DNA of 60,387 nucleotides, the filler included, from Sphacelaria rigidula (lineage: Eukaryota): the NCBI GenBank assembly GCA_964200075.2. It is 9 parts of 9 records of this genome, joined end to end, with 100 filler letters (N's around TTAATTAATTAA, not from the genome) between each part and the next. Parts side by side here need not be neighbours in the genome. Positions count along the whole stretch, not along the records: positions 6,722 to 13,342 come from CAXNAA020019003.1; positions 13,443 to 20,063 come from CAXNAA020019004.1; positions 20,164 to 26,784 come from CAXNAA020019005.1; 6 more parts are not named here. One strand, 5' to 3'. Below the pieces are notes generated by a model. The model was not told where the DNA came from. It searched no databases and was given only the letters and a program-made list of their open reading frames with translations. The translations under genes and the position numbers were made by a program. Below, piece after piece: positions 10,901 through 24,062 of the stretch (position 1 is the first letter of the stretch; each line of letters opens with the position of its first letter).

Positions 10901-13282
10901 TCGAGATAAAACAAAAACTGAAACACTCCCTGAAGATAGAATATATATATATATATATATATTCAGAAGTTAGGTAGAACGGAACAATAGAGTAAGTAGA
11001 CTGACACAAGAAAACAAAAAACATAAATAAAAAAGAAGAAATAGAAAACGAAAGAAATGGTCGGCCTCTGCCATATGTCTTCGGTGGGAGAAGGTCTTGC
11101 GCAGAAGCGCCCTCCTACCCAGCCGCAGAAGCAAATGGCCGTGGGTGAAGAAAAGATTGCGGCTCATCTACTGCAACTGCACTATTTGGGGGTATGGATC
11201 CTCTCATTGATGTGCAAACACAATGAAGCATGCTGCAGCACGTATTTTCGTCAAGTGCCGGTATTTGTCGATAACAACGGCGTTACTGTACCGGCGAACA
11301 GATGATGTGTCGTAGGGAAGGCCTTGCTGGAATATGTCCGTCGACGCAAGGTATCGGATGCACCGTGCAAGTAGCTGTCGAGACACTGATTATGAAAAGA
11401 CGTCATACCCGGGGAACGACGTACGCCCAATCATGAGACGTTGCACCCTGCAGGCGGTGGGTGGTAGGCAGTGCGATTCCTGCTCACCTCATATATCCTC
11501 ATGAAACAAACAGTGAGCAAGCACATACTACCAGTGGTTAGATTTTCATTATTGCGGCAGAATTTGTCGTATTCCAATTGTCGGATTCGTTTGCTCGTCA
11601 ACGGGCAGAAATCCACCAGTACAGCGCACCTGCAGCGTGTAGAGAGGCTGCGAGCCGAGTCCCCGCGGCCACCACAGACGCGGATTTGTAACTGTCAAAT
11701 TCGCCTCAACCGGTACTGCTTGAGCCGCGGCTTTCGCATCACTGCTCGATGTGTTTCGTGTGTCCCCAGTCGATGGACGGAGGGCAAGACGGTACTACAG
11801 GCGTGTTGAGGGGGCGAGGAGAAGAAAGCACTTGCGACGCTCACATGGTTCCGACAGGGTCCTTCTCTGACCTCGCAAGTACTATTTTCCCTACAGAAGC
11901 AACACTACATTCAGCTGAGCACCAAGAGCACTTTCGATGGTCAGGTCCCGCACGCAAATCCACTTGCTCGGAAAGCAAAGATAATTTCATTCCCAATATA
12001 TGTTCACTGCTAATCAAACTATCAGGTGAGAGTGATCCCAACAACGTAACTCGAAACTCCGGTCACGTGGGCGCGACTATCGAATTTGTGCCATAATTCA
12101 TCTCTGGGAGGATTCGTACTTCAGTACACACATTCGAGATACCTCGCATGTATCTCAAACACTTTCAACGATAGCCCCCCCCCCCGAAACCAGCCCAAAG
12201 GTGTCACGAAAAAAATGGCCATACAGCGCCTAATGTTTGGGTTCAGGCTGCATGAAGCGCCTCATATTGGCGACATTGGCTAGAACAAACCCAAGCGCGG
12301 GAATTCCCAGCCGCTCGTTGTGCTCGGCCTTTCCCATTCCGATCTACATGAAGATTCTGCCTCCCAAAACCATGCACTTTTTGGGGGGGGGGCTATCGTA
12401 GGAAGTTTCCTCAGATATCTGTGACGTCGAAAACGAATATACAAGAGAATTGCAAACAACTTTGAAATTATATACATACTGGTGTGGCCCATGAAAAAAG
12501 AATCACGAACCAAGCACTACAGCGTTTCGAAAGCCAAAAATAAAATTACAAGCATTGCTGTGACAATTCCAAGGGAAGGCGAAACAAAATAAGCAACGCG
12601 ACCGAACAAATAAGCTTGCCGACAACAAAAAGGAGACGGAAAAATCGGAAGTACATTGTATCCTCACCGCGTCCTAGGAACGTTCTAGGAACGTTCTAGG
12701 AACCAGGGCTTAGGACGCAGCGATCAGCCACCATCTCGGTCAACCGGATATCCTGCATCTGCACATCAACTGGCACCCCTGTATCTGGTATGCACCAAAA
12801 GTCGTGACAGTAATCTACTTCGAAGTACACCGTCTCGGAGACTACGCAAATGTAACGCAAACAACTAGAAGAAACGGAGGCAAAACCTCTCCAAAAAACA
12901 AAGCTCAAGATTTAGCCACCCTCACTGACCTCATGTCAGGAACCGTAACTCGGACACAAGCATCAGCAACCACCCGCTCCCCATGCTCCACGGCCTCCGT
13001 AAGCCAGAAGTGTACGTGTCCAGCCACGTTAACGTCATCCGGTGGGGGCTCTATCCTATCAGCGACCCCGTCGATCTTAGTCATTTTCCGCTGCGGAAGC
13101 TCTGGAGTGCTAGCGCTCGCAATAATTCGTGTCGTTTTCCATTGCGATGGTACCGATCGGTTCTTTTTCAACCCGTCCAGATTTCCGAACCCGTCCAACA
13201 TTGCGGTCGCGGTAATCACCACACCGGAATCGGCTGCAGCCGAACCGTCTGGGTCCTCTTTGCCTACAGCAGTACCCCAGTC
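7688..13282 (-). CDS. GH2 beta-mannosidase (MANBA-like), internal exons 13282-12926, 11794-11630, 10631-9892, 7778-7688; partial at both ends
   Basis: Phase-compatible GT-AG exons encode LTVTNPRLWWPRGLGSQPLYTLQV, KVGLRSVSL, ESFFFRVNGVDVFARGSNWVPPDAW and VTVEKRRWLLESAAAANMNMIRVWGGG, all hallmark beta-mannosidase motifs. Boundaries of the 12926-13282 exon are least certain. Confidence 0.9.
8700..9103 (+). mobile_element. Oligo(C)-tailed retroposon-like repeat, family B, long copy (~400 bp)
   Basis: Aligns over ~400 bp with the reverse complement of 19373-19765 and ends ...gggatgcgaggttaatggtctgataactatgccatgcaaggtcatgagtac followed by a C tract. Other copies at 9641-9663, 19903-20063, 32635-32672, 60284-60321. 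Confidence 0.7.
9360..9615. repeat. Dispersed repeat shared in inverted orientation with about 33848-34072
   Basis: ctcacaggtatgtcag...gaacaaccgttgctgctttc...tcgtggaagaaa matches the reverse complement of tttcttccacga...gaaagcagcaacggttgttc...tgacacacctgtgag. In both places it lies next to a family A retroposon end. Confidence 0.8.
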
Positions 13283-16200
13283 CTGTAGCGGACGAACATC
13301 GCCACGAATTTGCAGAGCTACATTATTCCCTTCGAAGCAAAANNNNNNNNNNNNNNNNNNNNNNNNNNNNNNNNNNNNNNNNNNNNTTAATTAATTAANN
13401 NNNNNNNNNNNNNNNNNNNNNNNNNNNNNNNNNNNNNNNNNNAAATTTAAATACCCCAACACCAAAAAAAAAAAAAAAAAAAGTCGTGTCCAAACAAATT
13501 CCCCCATGAAACAATTGAAAAAAAAAAAAAAAAAAAAGTGAGACGAGGAAATTGAAACGATTAATGCAGAATAGAACGCAACGACCAGGCCGACCCAACC
13601 GAACAACATGTGCACGGTTAGGACGAATCATCACCACAAAGAATCACCAAATCCACGATTTCTCCGTCCTGATTGCCAAAAAAGGAGAAAAAAGTCGATC
13701 GCTGGTTCAAGGGGTGTATCTACGCAACTTTTGCGCCGTTGCACGTGTCTGGGCTGCGTGTACCTACCTGGGTTGCAACGCTGAAAACGAAGTCTAGGGA
13801 TTGATTCGTACGAGTCGAATCAGTACTACTAAAACCAAGTAATTTGCAGACGAATCCATTATTTGTCCGATCCTTGAACATGTGTATCATGTAGATTCGT
13901 GCAGCTTCACCATTACGCGAAAATTACAGGTACCTGGAATTCAAGGGACGCTGCAAGAGACGGTTGGCCGGCTGTCTGCTCCCACAGCATGGACACCTTG
14001 AGGACATAATCCCGCCGGCTCAGGAGCTCGACTTCGTGCAACACAGCCTGGGCACAAAGTCACACATGACGCGCAACAGGTGATTAATTAAACAGCCTTC
14101 ATTATTTCATACAATACGGCAAGGACGGTGAGTGGTCGCGGTAATCATTTCGGAACCGTTGTTTCCCCCCCGGCAAGGGACGCAAGATATTCAGACGAAT
14201 TGCACGCAGCTCGTCGACGGCTATTTTGTTGGAGAAAACGACGAGAAATAACAGGATATACGGCATATGCATGTAGTAATCGCAACAGAGTTTCACGGGA
14301 GTTCGTCGAATTTCCACGGTTGACACATACTCGACTTCAGTGGAGGACCACCAGACAGTCCCAGGTTGGTTCAGCGTGCGTAGCACGCGTTTTGGCTCAG
14401 GTGTTTCCAACGCACACTTCGCCTTGGATACTTTATGCTACGGATTGGGGACAGGATGATGGTTAGAGCTCGTTTCGGAACAAAAACACATCGAGCGCTC
14501 GCGGCCTATGGTTCCAAGAATCTGACCTCACACAGCCCCACCCTTGTTGGAGGATGACCATTTTGTAGGCGGACATACCCCTGGTAGGCCGCTTGGATGC
14601 TGACCCGAATCCGCGAGTTTTCTGTTTTGACCAACAGGATTGAAGGGCGCGACTACAGTGTAAGGCATGTCTTACGGTAAATGTTCAGATCGTACAGCGA
14701 AGGAGACGTCGACCTCTCTTCCCCAACTCTCGACGCGACAAGCTACCACTTAGGCATGCGGGAGTTTGTTATGGGGACAGTCTCACCGCTGCTGTTCCAC
14801 GAGCGTTGCTCGTTTGTGTATGTGTGTCTGTGTGAACTTGTTGCGCTTGCTCTGCTCAGTTGGCTGTCGGGGATGGGTGGGTGGGCAAAAATTCCCCAAA
14901 AATCCAAGTCACAAGAGTAGAACCAGTATCTCCAACCGGTCGGCTATTTTCTTCCCTGGAATGTTATTACTTGACTTGAGTGTACCGATACTTGGATCTT
15001 TGGTGCAGGTAACAACCCCAAGTGCTCCTAGCGTGAGCAAAGCGCCCTTTCTTTTCAAATCAAAATCGGCGCCGATTCGACGTATACCAACACCACACTT
15101 TGCCAAGAGAACACTTCGCACCCCCCTCGCCCGAGGGTTTTCGGTATGCCTTGGGATGGGGTCAGGGTTAGCATCAGTCCCAGCTCATACACTTCGGAGA
15201 ATTGTATTCAAAGAGTCAATCGACCAAGTGCTCAACTGATCTCAGGAAAACGTAGTCAACTACAATCGCATGCGCCGCCTACAGCACGTGCTGTACATCG
15301 CCACCAAATACTCCACCCCGTCCAACCCTTTGCTCAACAGTTGTACTGTGCAGAGCAAAACACCTCAGTACACTGTAGTTGACGCGGTCACGACTACTGA
15401 ACTGTGATATTTAAACTATACTGTCCCCAGACGAATATATCTGACCCGCGGCACATTCGTGGCAAGACCTGCTTCGTGTAGGTGTTGTTTCCACCTAGAA
15501 CAGCAATTTTCTAGCCTCGGTGAAAAATTAAAAAATAAACATGGAAATGAAGTCTTCTGACGCATGGGTGCCTGATGCGTAGTATTAGTCAGGGTTTGCT
15601 AAACCTGGGTCAAAAACCTGCTATGCCGAGGAACCGCAAACGACGTGGCTGATTTCCTTGCGGGAACAGGTACGTGTAAGCCAACGTCCGCGGAATGTCC
15701 ATGTTTTCCCTGACCAAATCCGAACAAAACAGAATAAGACCACTCGCAAATCAGACGCACGAAGGAACCACGATTCAGGGTTCGGTCTTGCTCCACCTGT
15801 GAACGATTTGCGATTCATGTGCTGTTCCGTACCATGCTCCACTCTCAGCTGTATCTTCGTTTTCGCTTTCCGCTCTCAGGAACAACCGGCGAATATGTGA
15901 GCTTCCATCACAAGTGTACAAATTTTGCTTACTGTACCCGAAGTTTTGGGGGGTCACCCCATGTGTCTCCGTCAGGGTTCTGCCCGTCCGATACACCACA
16001 TGGTGCTTGCTCGACCTGATCCGATTCTTTACGTAAAGTACAGTGTCGTGCCGGTGAACGTCAAGCTGGTGACACTTCAAGAATTTGGGGCTACTTTCCG
16101 TGGCCAACTATGTTCACAGTCAGCTCCTTCGCTGCGCGTTTCCGAAAGGTGGAGAACACAGGCCTCTTTCCTTCGTCGCCAAAGAAAATACCCGCACACT

Positions 16201-19200
16201 CAAAACGCTTGTGAAGCTGAAATTGCGATGAAATCGTCGATTGAACAGGCCGGTTGGAATTTTGTTTGCCTGGATGTTCAACACGCACAGATGCAGGGCG
16301 AACTTCTTTTCCTCAACTCTCACTGCCACGAGCTCCCTCGTCTAGGCAGCAGGCGGTCTGCGGTGGGCACAATCCCATCACTGCGGTTACGCGTGTGTTG
16401 CTTGTGTTGCTCGTATATGCGTGTCATCAACTTGTTTTCGTCATGCTAATGTCGCTGTGGAAAGCGGGGGGCACTTTATGCAAACCCCAGGAACAATGAA
16501 ACGACAGTTTCCCACAACCCTGCCCATGGACGGGAATTCTTGCCAACCCCCAACCCCAACCCCAACTCAGGGCAGACCGAGGACTCTCGTGCAGGGGGTA
16601 TACATGCAGTGACCTAGACAACGCGTGCGTTGACAGAGAACTCAAATCGGCGCCCGCAGCCAAAAGGAGTGCTCAGCGCGCTGGGGAAGACCACATCATA
16701 CATGTGCTGCGGTTGGCGCGATCGCAGCTTCTACAGTTTGGAACGTGTACCCATGTCCTGACCATAGCGTTCCTGGTCATGGCTTAGATACGAATACCCA
16801 TGACGCGCGGCATATTCGCGGCAAGGGCCGTACCCATGTAGGCGTTGTCTCCCTATCAGAAACAGCTATGCTGACTTTCCCCCCCAACTCCCAGCCACCT
16901 GGCGGCCAACCACGGGTCTGGGCGACCGAAGACTCAACCCTTTGAGAGAGCCGGCATGTGACATCTGAGGACCCGTCTCAACCCCCCTCGCCGCCCATGC
17001 CCCAGCAGGCTGCTTGCTGTTTTTATCTCCGCCAGGGGTTCGTAATCGTTATTTTGGCGCAAGAGACAAGAGTGCTCGTGGTAACCAGGCGAACCGCGGC
17101 CCGCGAAGCCATATCCACACGAACATAGCTCGTGCTCTCTCGTAGTGATGTTTGCACATCACCAATAGTTGCTCTGCAACCTCGTGAACATCTCCGCTAT
17201 CAGGTAACCATCAACGGCAACGCTGCTGGGGGGTACGAAGGCGCACAGGGCGCAGCCATCATGCTCTGCCAACTTAGTTCCTCAACAATGTTAGGCCGCT
17301 TCTTACAGAGATGGAGATTATTTTTAGATTGGAAATCGAGTTTCGGAACATTGCCAGCTACGCGTCTTGGAACACCGCGTCCTTTCACTGAGGCAGGCGA
17401 TCTGGATCTGCAAAACAAACGTTAGGTTTTATCTCACCACTCGGGTGATCTTCGGTGAACTTGGAATTTCCCATATCACCTGGACCAAGCGTATGGGATT
17501 TCGGTGATGATTTGGCCGTGACATGGTTGACCGTGCCGAACACATAACCGGTGCGTGAACACGTTTACACCCGAAAATACAGTCCAACGGTCTCAAAAAC
17601 ATCACCTCACTGTGTTTGAGGTGTGTGCCAGGCCCTATACGAAAGCACCACGAGCACCTCAATGCACTGGGCAAAATCAGTATGACTAGAACGGCCTGTT
17701 GTTCATCCACACGTCGATACTCAAAGCTCGGTTGAATTGCCGGTGTAGCATGACTTCTGGTCAGAAAACGACACGAACGGTAGGTATAACATACGGACTT
17801 TCTCCTATTGCAACTATGGATTATCCCGTTGTCCAGGGCGTGGTTTTAATGGACACTATTGCACGGTTTTATTAATGACAAGCGTACGCGGGACTTGTCT
17901 CCCGTTTTTGTTCTCAACTCGACAACGGCGATGCGGTTGTTGACGAGCCTCTTCAGCTTGTTTGGCCGAGTGGTCACGGCGTTGACATCACGTGGCTGGT
18001 GCGAGCTGTGTCCCCGTCTCGTGGTACACTGCTGGGCTTCCAGTTGTGCGCACATATGCCGACGCAACGCCCGCCCGCGAAGGAGTCAAGGCCTTAACCG
18101 TCAAAGAAGTGTCACTACACAGTGAACAAACAGCTCGAGGCCGATCCCTGAAAATAAAATTATCTAGACCACTTGACCTGCGGTTGGGGGTACCGTCAGT
18201 CTGACACACCTGAGTTTCTCGGAGCACGAAGCAAAAAGGAATCTGAAATGTTCCGGTTCAGGTGGATTCTTCTCCCGGAAGGTTTTGGTGAGGTGATCTC
18301 ACACACGGGTGCTGGGGGCACACGTACTCAACATTGACACCTTCGTTGCCAAGGGGGCACCGAAGAAATAAACTCAAAAACAAATGCGGGCCTGTGATTG
18401 GCCCGCTACTCTAAACCACAACAACTCTTCAAAACTGTTGGGCGTTTTCCTCAAGACTTACTGTAGAAAACTCCCAACACTTACTTGACCGATAAATTGA
18501 CAGGAAAACATAAATAAACGAATCCCAGTCATCAGCAGGTGACGTAAGTATTGACGAAAAGGATCAACTTCAAATACGGACCACAAGATGTGACGGGAAA
18601 GGAAATCGAGGGGCGATGCGAGGGTGTGCCCATCGTCGTGGAGCACGTGGCATCGCATCCACATCAGATTCGCACAATCGAACACGCACCCGCCTTATAG
18701 GCAGCCTGACTGACTCCACTAGAATACAAGGTGCCTCAGTCGAGTGCGTTGGCTTCCGTACTGTAGTGAGCGAGTATCCACGATGCATGCGAACAGTTCA
18801 TGGTCTTTCCACCGGAAAGCGCGCAATTTCGCAACCGCCACAGCCACCAAATGTAGGAAAAGCTCATGGTCGACGAGGCTGAGGGACTCAGTTCTCAGGG
18901 GTGGGTACCCCCCTGACTACCATAGATAATCGCGATAGTAGTATGCACTGACCTTACACTGGATGCAGCAGGGTAACCCAACACATGGAGGTCCTGATGC
19001 AAGTGGCGGGTGTTTACACTAGAAACAAGTTGTTGTCGACCACACTAGAACCTATATGATTGCTTACTCTAAAATCATGTACGAAGTACATTTTAACAAG
19101 TGATACGGTGGGCATGGAAGGGATATCTTTCACTCCTCATGATCAAAAAGTGGATGCTGGTGATTCGACCTTGAACGAGGTCCTCTGGGAGCCCAATGCA

Positions 19201-19372
19201 TCTTGTCGACACGGGGAAACACGAAAACCTCCTCGGTGTTGAGCTGCTCAAGCGCAGGCGAGCCCTGAGTGGCGACGATTATAATGCGTGAACTGGTGGA
19301 GAGTAAGAAAATGATTTTTCCCGAGATTGACTTATTCTCGACAGCCTTCGAGTAAGGAGGGGGGGAGGGGGT

Positions 19373-20063
19373 GTACTCATGATCATGCATGCCGTAGTCA
19401 TAACACCATTGACCTCGCATCCCTACAAAGCCGGAACGGAGCACGCCGGGTTTTCGCCGGAGCATGCTCGCACTCAATCACGCGCTGCGGTGTGTTCGGC
19501 GAGTCGCGTGAAGGATGAGCCGCATCCTGCCAAGATTGTTCGGTCTGACTGATATCTTGCATTTAGATAACAGCCTCCAATAAGTTGCTTCATTCTCTGG
19601 TGTTGTCATTTCCAGAGACAGCCACGGCTTTTACACTACCTCATGCGCGTCTCACCATTCAAATACTACGCAGTACAATCATTCCGTTTGCGCGGGGTTG
19701 AGGTTCTCCCACCCCGCACAATACGATCTAGCTCGGCCACCATCATGTTTACCGCAAAAAAATCGGTAACCTGTTGGCTAGCTTGCGCAGTGAATGGCGT
19801 GTTCTATAGCGTCGTCACCAACCGACGCCAACCCCATAGTGGGTTCGTCCCTACAAAGCCGTGACGGAGCACGCCGGGTTCTCGCCGGACAATGCTGGGG
19901 GTGTACTCATGATCATGCTTGCCATAGTCATCAGACCATTGACCATTGACCTCGCATCCCTACAAAGCCGGGACGGAGCACGCCGGGTTTTCGCCGGACC
20001 AGGCTCGCACTCAATCACCAAGCGCGAAGCGCCGTGGTGTTATCGGCGAGTAGCATGAAGGGT
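19373..20063 (-). mobile_element. Oligo(C)-tailed retroposon-like repeat, family B, clustered copies (19373-19765, partial 19846-19890, 19903-20063)
   Basis: G-tract-gtactcatgatcatgc...gacctcgcatccctacaaagccgggacggagcacgccggg is repeated and homologous to 8700-9103. Confidence 0.7.
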
Positions 20064-20163
20064 NNNNNNNNNNNNNNNNNNNNNNNNNNNNNNNNNNNNN
20101 NNNNNNNTTAATTAATTAANNNNNNNNNNNNNNNNNNNNNNNNNNNNNNNNNNNNNNNNNNNN

Positions 20164-20428
20164 CTTGGAATGACTTGCTCTACTAGTTGAGGCGGTTCCA
20201 GGATATGTTCGCGTTTTCCGGTGGCCACAGTTTTCATTTTGGCTGAACAAGAGTTTTCCTTTGAGAATGGTAAAAAAAGTCAAGTCCAGAGAAAAGTAGA
20301 TTTTTTTTCTGGACTTGACTGTTTTTAACGGTTCCTGCACAAAAATTCTTCTTTGGCCAAAATGAAAACTGTGGCCACCGGAAACCGGGAAGATGTCCTG
20401 GAACCGCCTTAGAGTAAGTCATTCCAAG
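20164..20428. repeat. ~265-bp imperfect palindrome (foldback or MITE-like) at a contig start
   Basis: cttggaatgactt / aagtcattccaag, aggcggttccagga / tcctggaaccgcct, ttccggtggccacagttttcattttggc / gccaaaatgaaaactgtggccaccggaa and agtcaagtccaga / tctggacttgact are reverse-complement pairs. Confidence 0.92.
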
Positions 20429-20457
20429 GTGTCAAATTCCGCCTAGCTCTCTTTTGG

Positions 20458-21930
20458 GGCGTAAAACGACGTAAAAGCTCCAAAAAGACACTTCTCCAGG
20501 TTTTTATTTTTGTCTGTTACAAGAAGCGGCCTTAGGTGAAAAAAAACATACCAAACTTTTTTCCGCACTGGGTATGAACAATGAGCAAAATTACGTACGA
20601 AAGACAGCGTTGCGCGAGAGACCGTACCCTTCACGCCACAGTCTATGCTTTTGACCGTTCCCATGTTGTTTGGAAGACACGGGGCTTGACAGTCCCGTGT
20701 GCTCCTATCGTGCTTAGAACGCATTTTCGTACACATCGGCGTCACCGCCGATTCTAGGTCTACCAACGCCACACTTTGCCTAGAACACTGTGAGCATCTC
20801 CCTTGCCTGAGGGGTTTCTGTATGTCTTGGATGGCGATGAGGGTTGCGTTACACGGCGGTAGTCGTGAAATGTGTCAAGCATGAATAATAGAGTATAGCC
20901 CCAACTCCGGTCAACCGAGTCCGGGTACCCCACCTCGCGAAGTCGATTATGAATAGATGATCGGTGCGGTTGACGATCATGTGTTCTGGATGACATTTGC
21001 GCCCAGGCAACGGTTGACGAAATCAGCTGCACCACCTCATGTTTTCTTCACTCTACTCACTGACAGCACCATGATACATACTGGCACACGACAGATTGCG
21101 CGTGGTCCAATCGACAGCACAGAGTATCATAACGGATGATGAGTAAGTAGCGTAGTGCTACACCAACGCTACCCACCTAAGCCATCAGCTACTGTCATCT
21201 TCGAAGTACAGGTGGCCCGCACGGGGTTTGACAGGCAGAGTTGAAGTTGATGTCATATCAAAAATAGTCGGTGCTTCTGTAGCACAGGTGTGAAATATGA
21301 GCAGGTCGTGTAGTGTGTGTGATGGATCACAGCTAGTTGAAAGTTTCAGAGTTCGTACATATTGCAGATGCAAGAATGATTGGGTGATCTGGAGTGATGA
21401 TACTGTTGATGTCCCGACTATGAAAAGGCTCAACTCCCGGGAACACGAGGCAAACAGAACAGTTCATGAGTAAGCGGCGCAGTACTGCGCCGTTGCTTCT
21501 CTCTGACTGCACCGCGAAGCACGCATATGTGTTTTGTTGCCGTTCGCCGCATCGTTATTTGTGTAGCTAAACAATAGTGACCGGTACGTATACGATGCTG
21601 CGAAACATGATATCTTGAAAGAAAAAAGGGGTTCTATGCGTGCTCGACACGTCAACGGTGACGACTCATCAGTATTTGGATTTCACGCTTGTTTTGCGGT
21701 ATGATATTGTGATCTGCACGACATATCTACGGACTATATGGACATGGTTGGTTGATTGATTGATTGATCGTCGCGCTTTAACCCTTAAATGGCGAGAGGA
21801 GGTGATCTGTTGACCCGGCAGCAATTTCACTTGAAAAAAGAATGCATGGTCCAGATGGACTACCCTCGGGGTCTCAGGGTTGACTCGATAAACACTCATA
21901 TTATATGATCTCCCGCAAAAACATTTGTAG
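20458..21930 (+). repeat. Large composite repeat shared with 47048-48000 and about 15060-15180
   Basis: ggcgtaaaacgacgtaaaagctccaaaa at 20458 and 47048. gcaatttcacttgaaaaaagaatgcatggtccagatggactacc (about 21821) vs tcaatttcactcgaaaaaagaattcaatatcgagatggactacc (about 47638). A cc(c/t)cgcccgagggtt(t/c)tcggtatgcc-type motif at about 15124, 20800, 47332, 47795. Confidence 0.8.
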
Positions 21931-21969
21931 TACGAGTACGCAGTATACTGGTGATTACATATCAAGTAT

Positions 21970-22690
21970 TCCTCCTGTACTCGGTGTAGACTGGCGTCCA
22001 GAATAAATGAGACGACCACACTCTACAGATAGTGACGCGGCCCTCGTGTCATCCTTTGAAATGAGCATTTGACCCTGCTGTCGTTTGGCGGCACCTCGAA
22101 CGGAAACTCTCGACGCATGTTTTTTTCCGCAAAAGCTCGCGTGTCGCGATGACAGTCAGCGAGATTCGTACACGACAATGTACCGCATGTGTAACGCCTC
22201 CCACAGACGGAGCAGGAAAGGACGGGCTCACGCTCCGATCGCACACTGGCGCGGCACGCATCGCTGCGCTCCAAAAACATGGTGATATATTGTGAAAAAG
22301 ACGGCTCCATGTGGTCTAGATATGTCAACCTTGAACACTCGCGACGATTGAAATTTACGTTTTGCGGTTGTGGAACCTGCACTTTAGTGAAGCAATGGTA
22401 TTTGGCGACTACGTCGACATGGTTGACATACATTTATGTATTTCATGACCTCCTGCAAACCTCCTGTGCAGAGTATGCCGTTGAATATGTCGGGGATGAT
22501 CCTGTTTACTACAGGTAGTTACCGCGCTCCTCGGACCGTAGTGTAAAATCATCTTGTCCGCCTGTTGTTGTCACTGACAGGCACCTCGGGGGAACTTCAA
22601 AACTCTCGACGCATCCTTTCCCGCAAAACCTCGCACCAAGCGGCGACAATGGAAGCGTTTCGTCCACGATAATGTACCGCGGCTGTGCAA
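21970..22690 (+). repeat. Diverged tandem duplication with a period of about 480-490 bp
   Basis: ggcacctcg...aaactctcgacgcat...ccgcaaaa.ctcgc...cacga.aatgtaccgc occurs at about 22090-22187 and again at about 22580-22680. Confidence 0.75.
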
Positions 22691-23237
22691 TCGATATAAT
22701 AGTAACGTAATAGAGCTGTCTCATACTCGACGTTCCTCGCACATTCGACAGTAACGTGTATAAAATAAGGTATCGGGCGGCGGAGGATCATTCAACAGTA
22801 ATATACTGTAAACCCCACGGGGATAGGTCTTGCAGCGAGTGATATGAATTACAACTCTTGCTATCGAATGTACCGGAAACCTCGAGTTTGAGATACCGCT
22901 GTCGCGCAGCCACAGCACCGCACTCCTATTGCACTACCACTGTTCTTTCTGTACTGCACCGACTGGACTGCGCTGCACATAATCAAATCGTCATGTCAAT
23001 GCCAGCCTCTTTCGCGCGTAATCGATGCCGACATATGAACGCGTGCGAAACTGACTCACGTGCCGACTGCACACCGGCGCTGTTGGGCGACGTTCTGTTC
23101 AAAAAGATCGCGTTGTCGTTCTGAACTCTTGAGCGATCACGAACGCTTGCTAGAGATTGCAGGATCACCGCGACAACACACGCCCGTCAACCACGGGCGC
23201 GCGCGACTTTCACTCGAATTTTGAACAGGTCCTAAAA

Positions 23238-23412
23238 GACGGGGCGATCCGCCTCGGTCGGCCGGGCGGGCGACTTCTCCCGCGGCGGTCGCCCCGACGG
23301 TCGGGAATGTAGGCGCGACTCGTGGGGGGCTCCCCCGCCCGGGTGGCGCCTATATTCTAGCGCGCGGGCGCGAGGAGGCGTCGGCGAAATGCGGCGCCCT
23401 CGCGAGCCGCCA
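23238..23412 (+). ncRNA. Candidate structured RNA of unknown family (very GC-rich three-way junction plus two long hairpins)
   Basis: Nearly fully paired: 23241-53 with 23284-95 enclosing two sub-hairpins; 23305-22 with 23340-57; 23364-83 with 23392-410. Four G.U pairs and no A.C mismatches on the + strand. Followed by a T4/AT-rich tract. I recognise no known family motif. Confidence 0.4.
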
Positions 23413-24062
23413 AATATTTTATATACTTCTATATAACTGCTGCACCGCCTGTCCGGTCTCTCGTGGGAACGCTTCAACTCTCCCCTTTCAGTGTTCTTGC
23501 CGTAGTACCGTGACGCTGATCTGGGCGATCCCGCAAGAGATGTCGGCAAGCTGGCTAAGTTCGCTGTGTATGCAGTAATTACCCTTGTTTTGCGGTAGTT
23601 TTGCCTTGTCGATGAAGCAGCAGGCAGGGAGGGACTGGTAAATTAGAACAATATGTGAAAATGTAATGAGGGGGGGAGTATAAGCCACACTGTCCGCTTC
23701 CTCGGGGAAACGCTTCAACTCTCCCCTTATGCTAATTCGGGAAAAAAGACGAATTATGCCAGAAATTATGCTGGCACAAAGAACTCAGGCGTACACACTC
23801 TCGTCCTTCAGTGCTCTCGCCGTACCACGGCACGACTAATCATCCAATCCTGCAAGGGAGCTCCTGTACCGTTGATTATCCGATCCCGTGTAGGAGCTAT
23901 TACACCGTACATTCTGTACTGTAGCGCTCCTTTTGTATTGTACATGAAAAAAATCGTCTGCCGTGTGGGGTAATGCTTGAGCTCTCCTCTCTCACTAAAG
24001 CACTGGATTCGTTGTGTACACGAATAACTTGACACTTGTGTGACAGAGCCTTCTTTGGCCTG

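Noticed and set aside
16200..18800. Copia-like remnants (GWNFVCLDVQ..QGEL on +; IFGC and VELRT on -)
   Set aside because: The motifs are weak and on opposite strands, with no LTR, PBS or YVDD; cannot be supported without a profile search.
23200..23228. Sm-site-like aattttga and RNase MRP-like GAAAGTC (minus strand)
   Set aside because: The remaining snRNA or MRP conserved regions are absent.
23360..23405. HDV-like ribozyme suggested by GCCTCCTCGC on the minus strand
   Set aside because: No canonical P3 partner, no P2 3' strand or J4/2 downstream, and the wobble pattern favours the plus strand.
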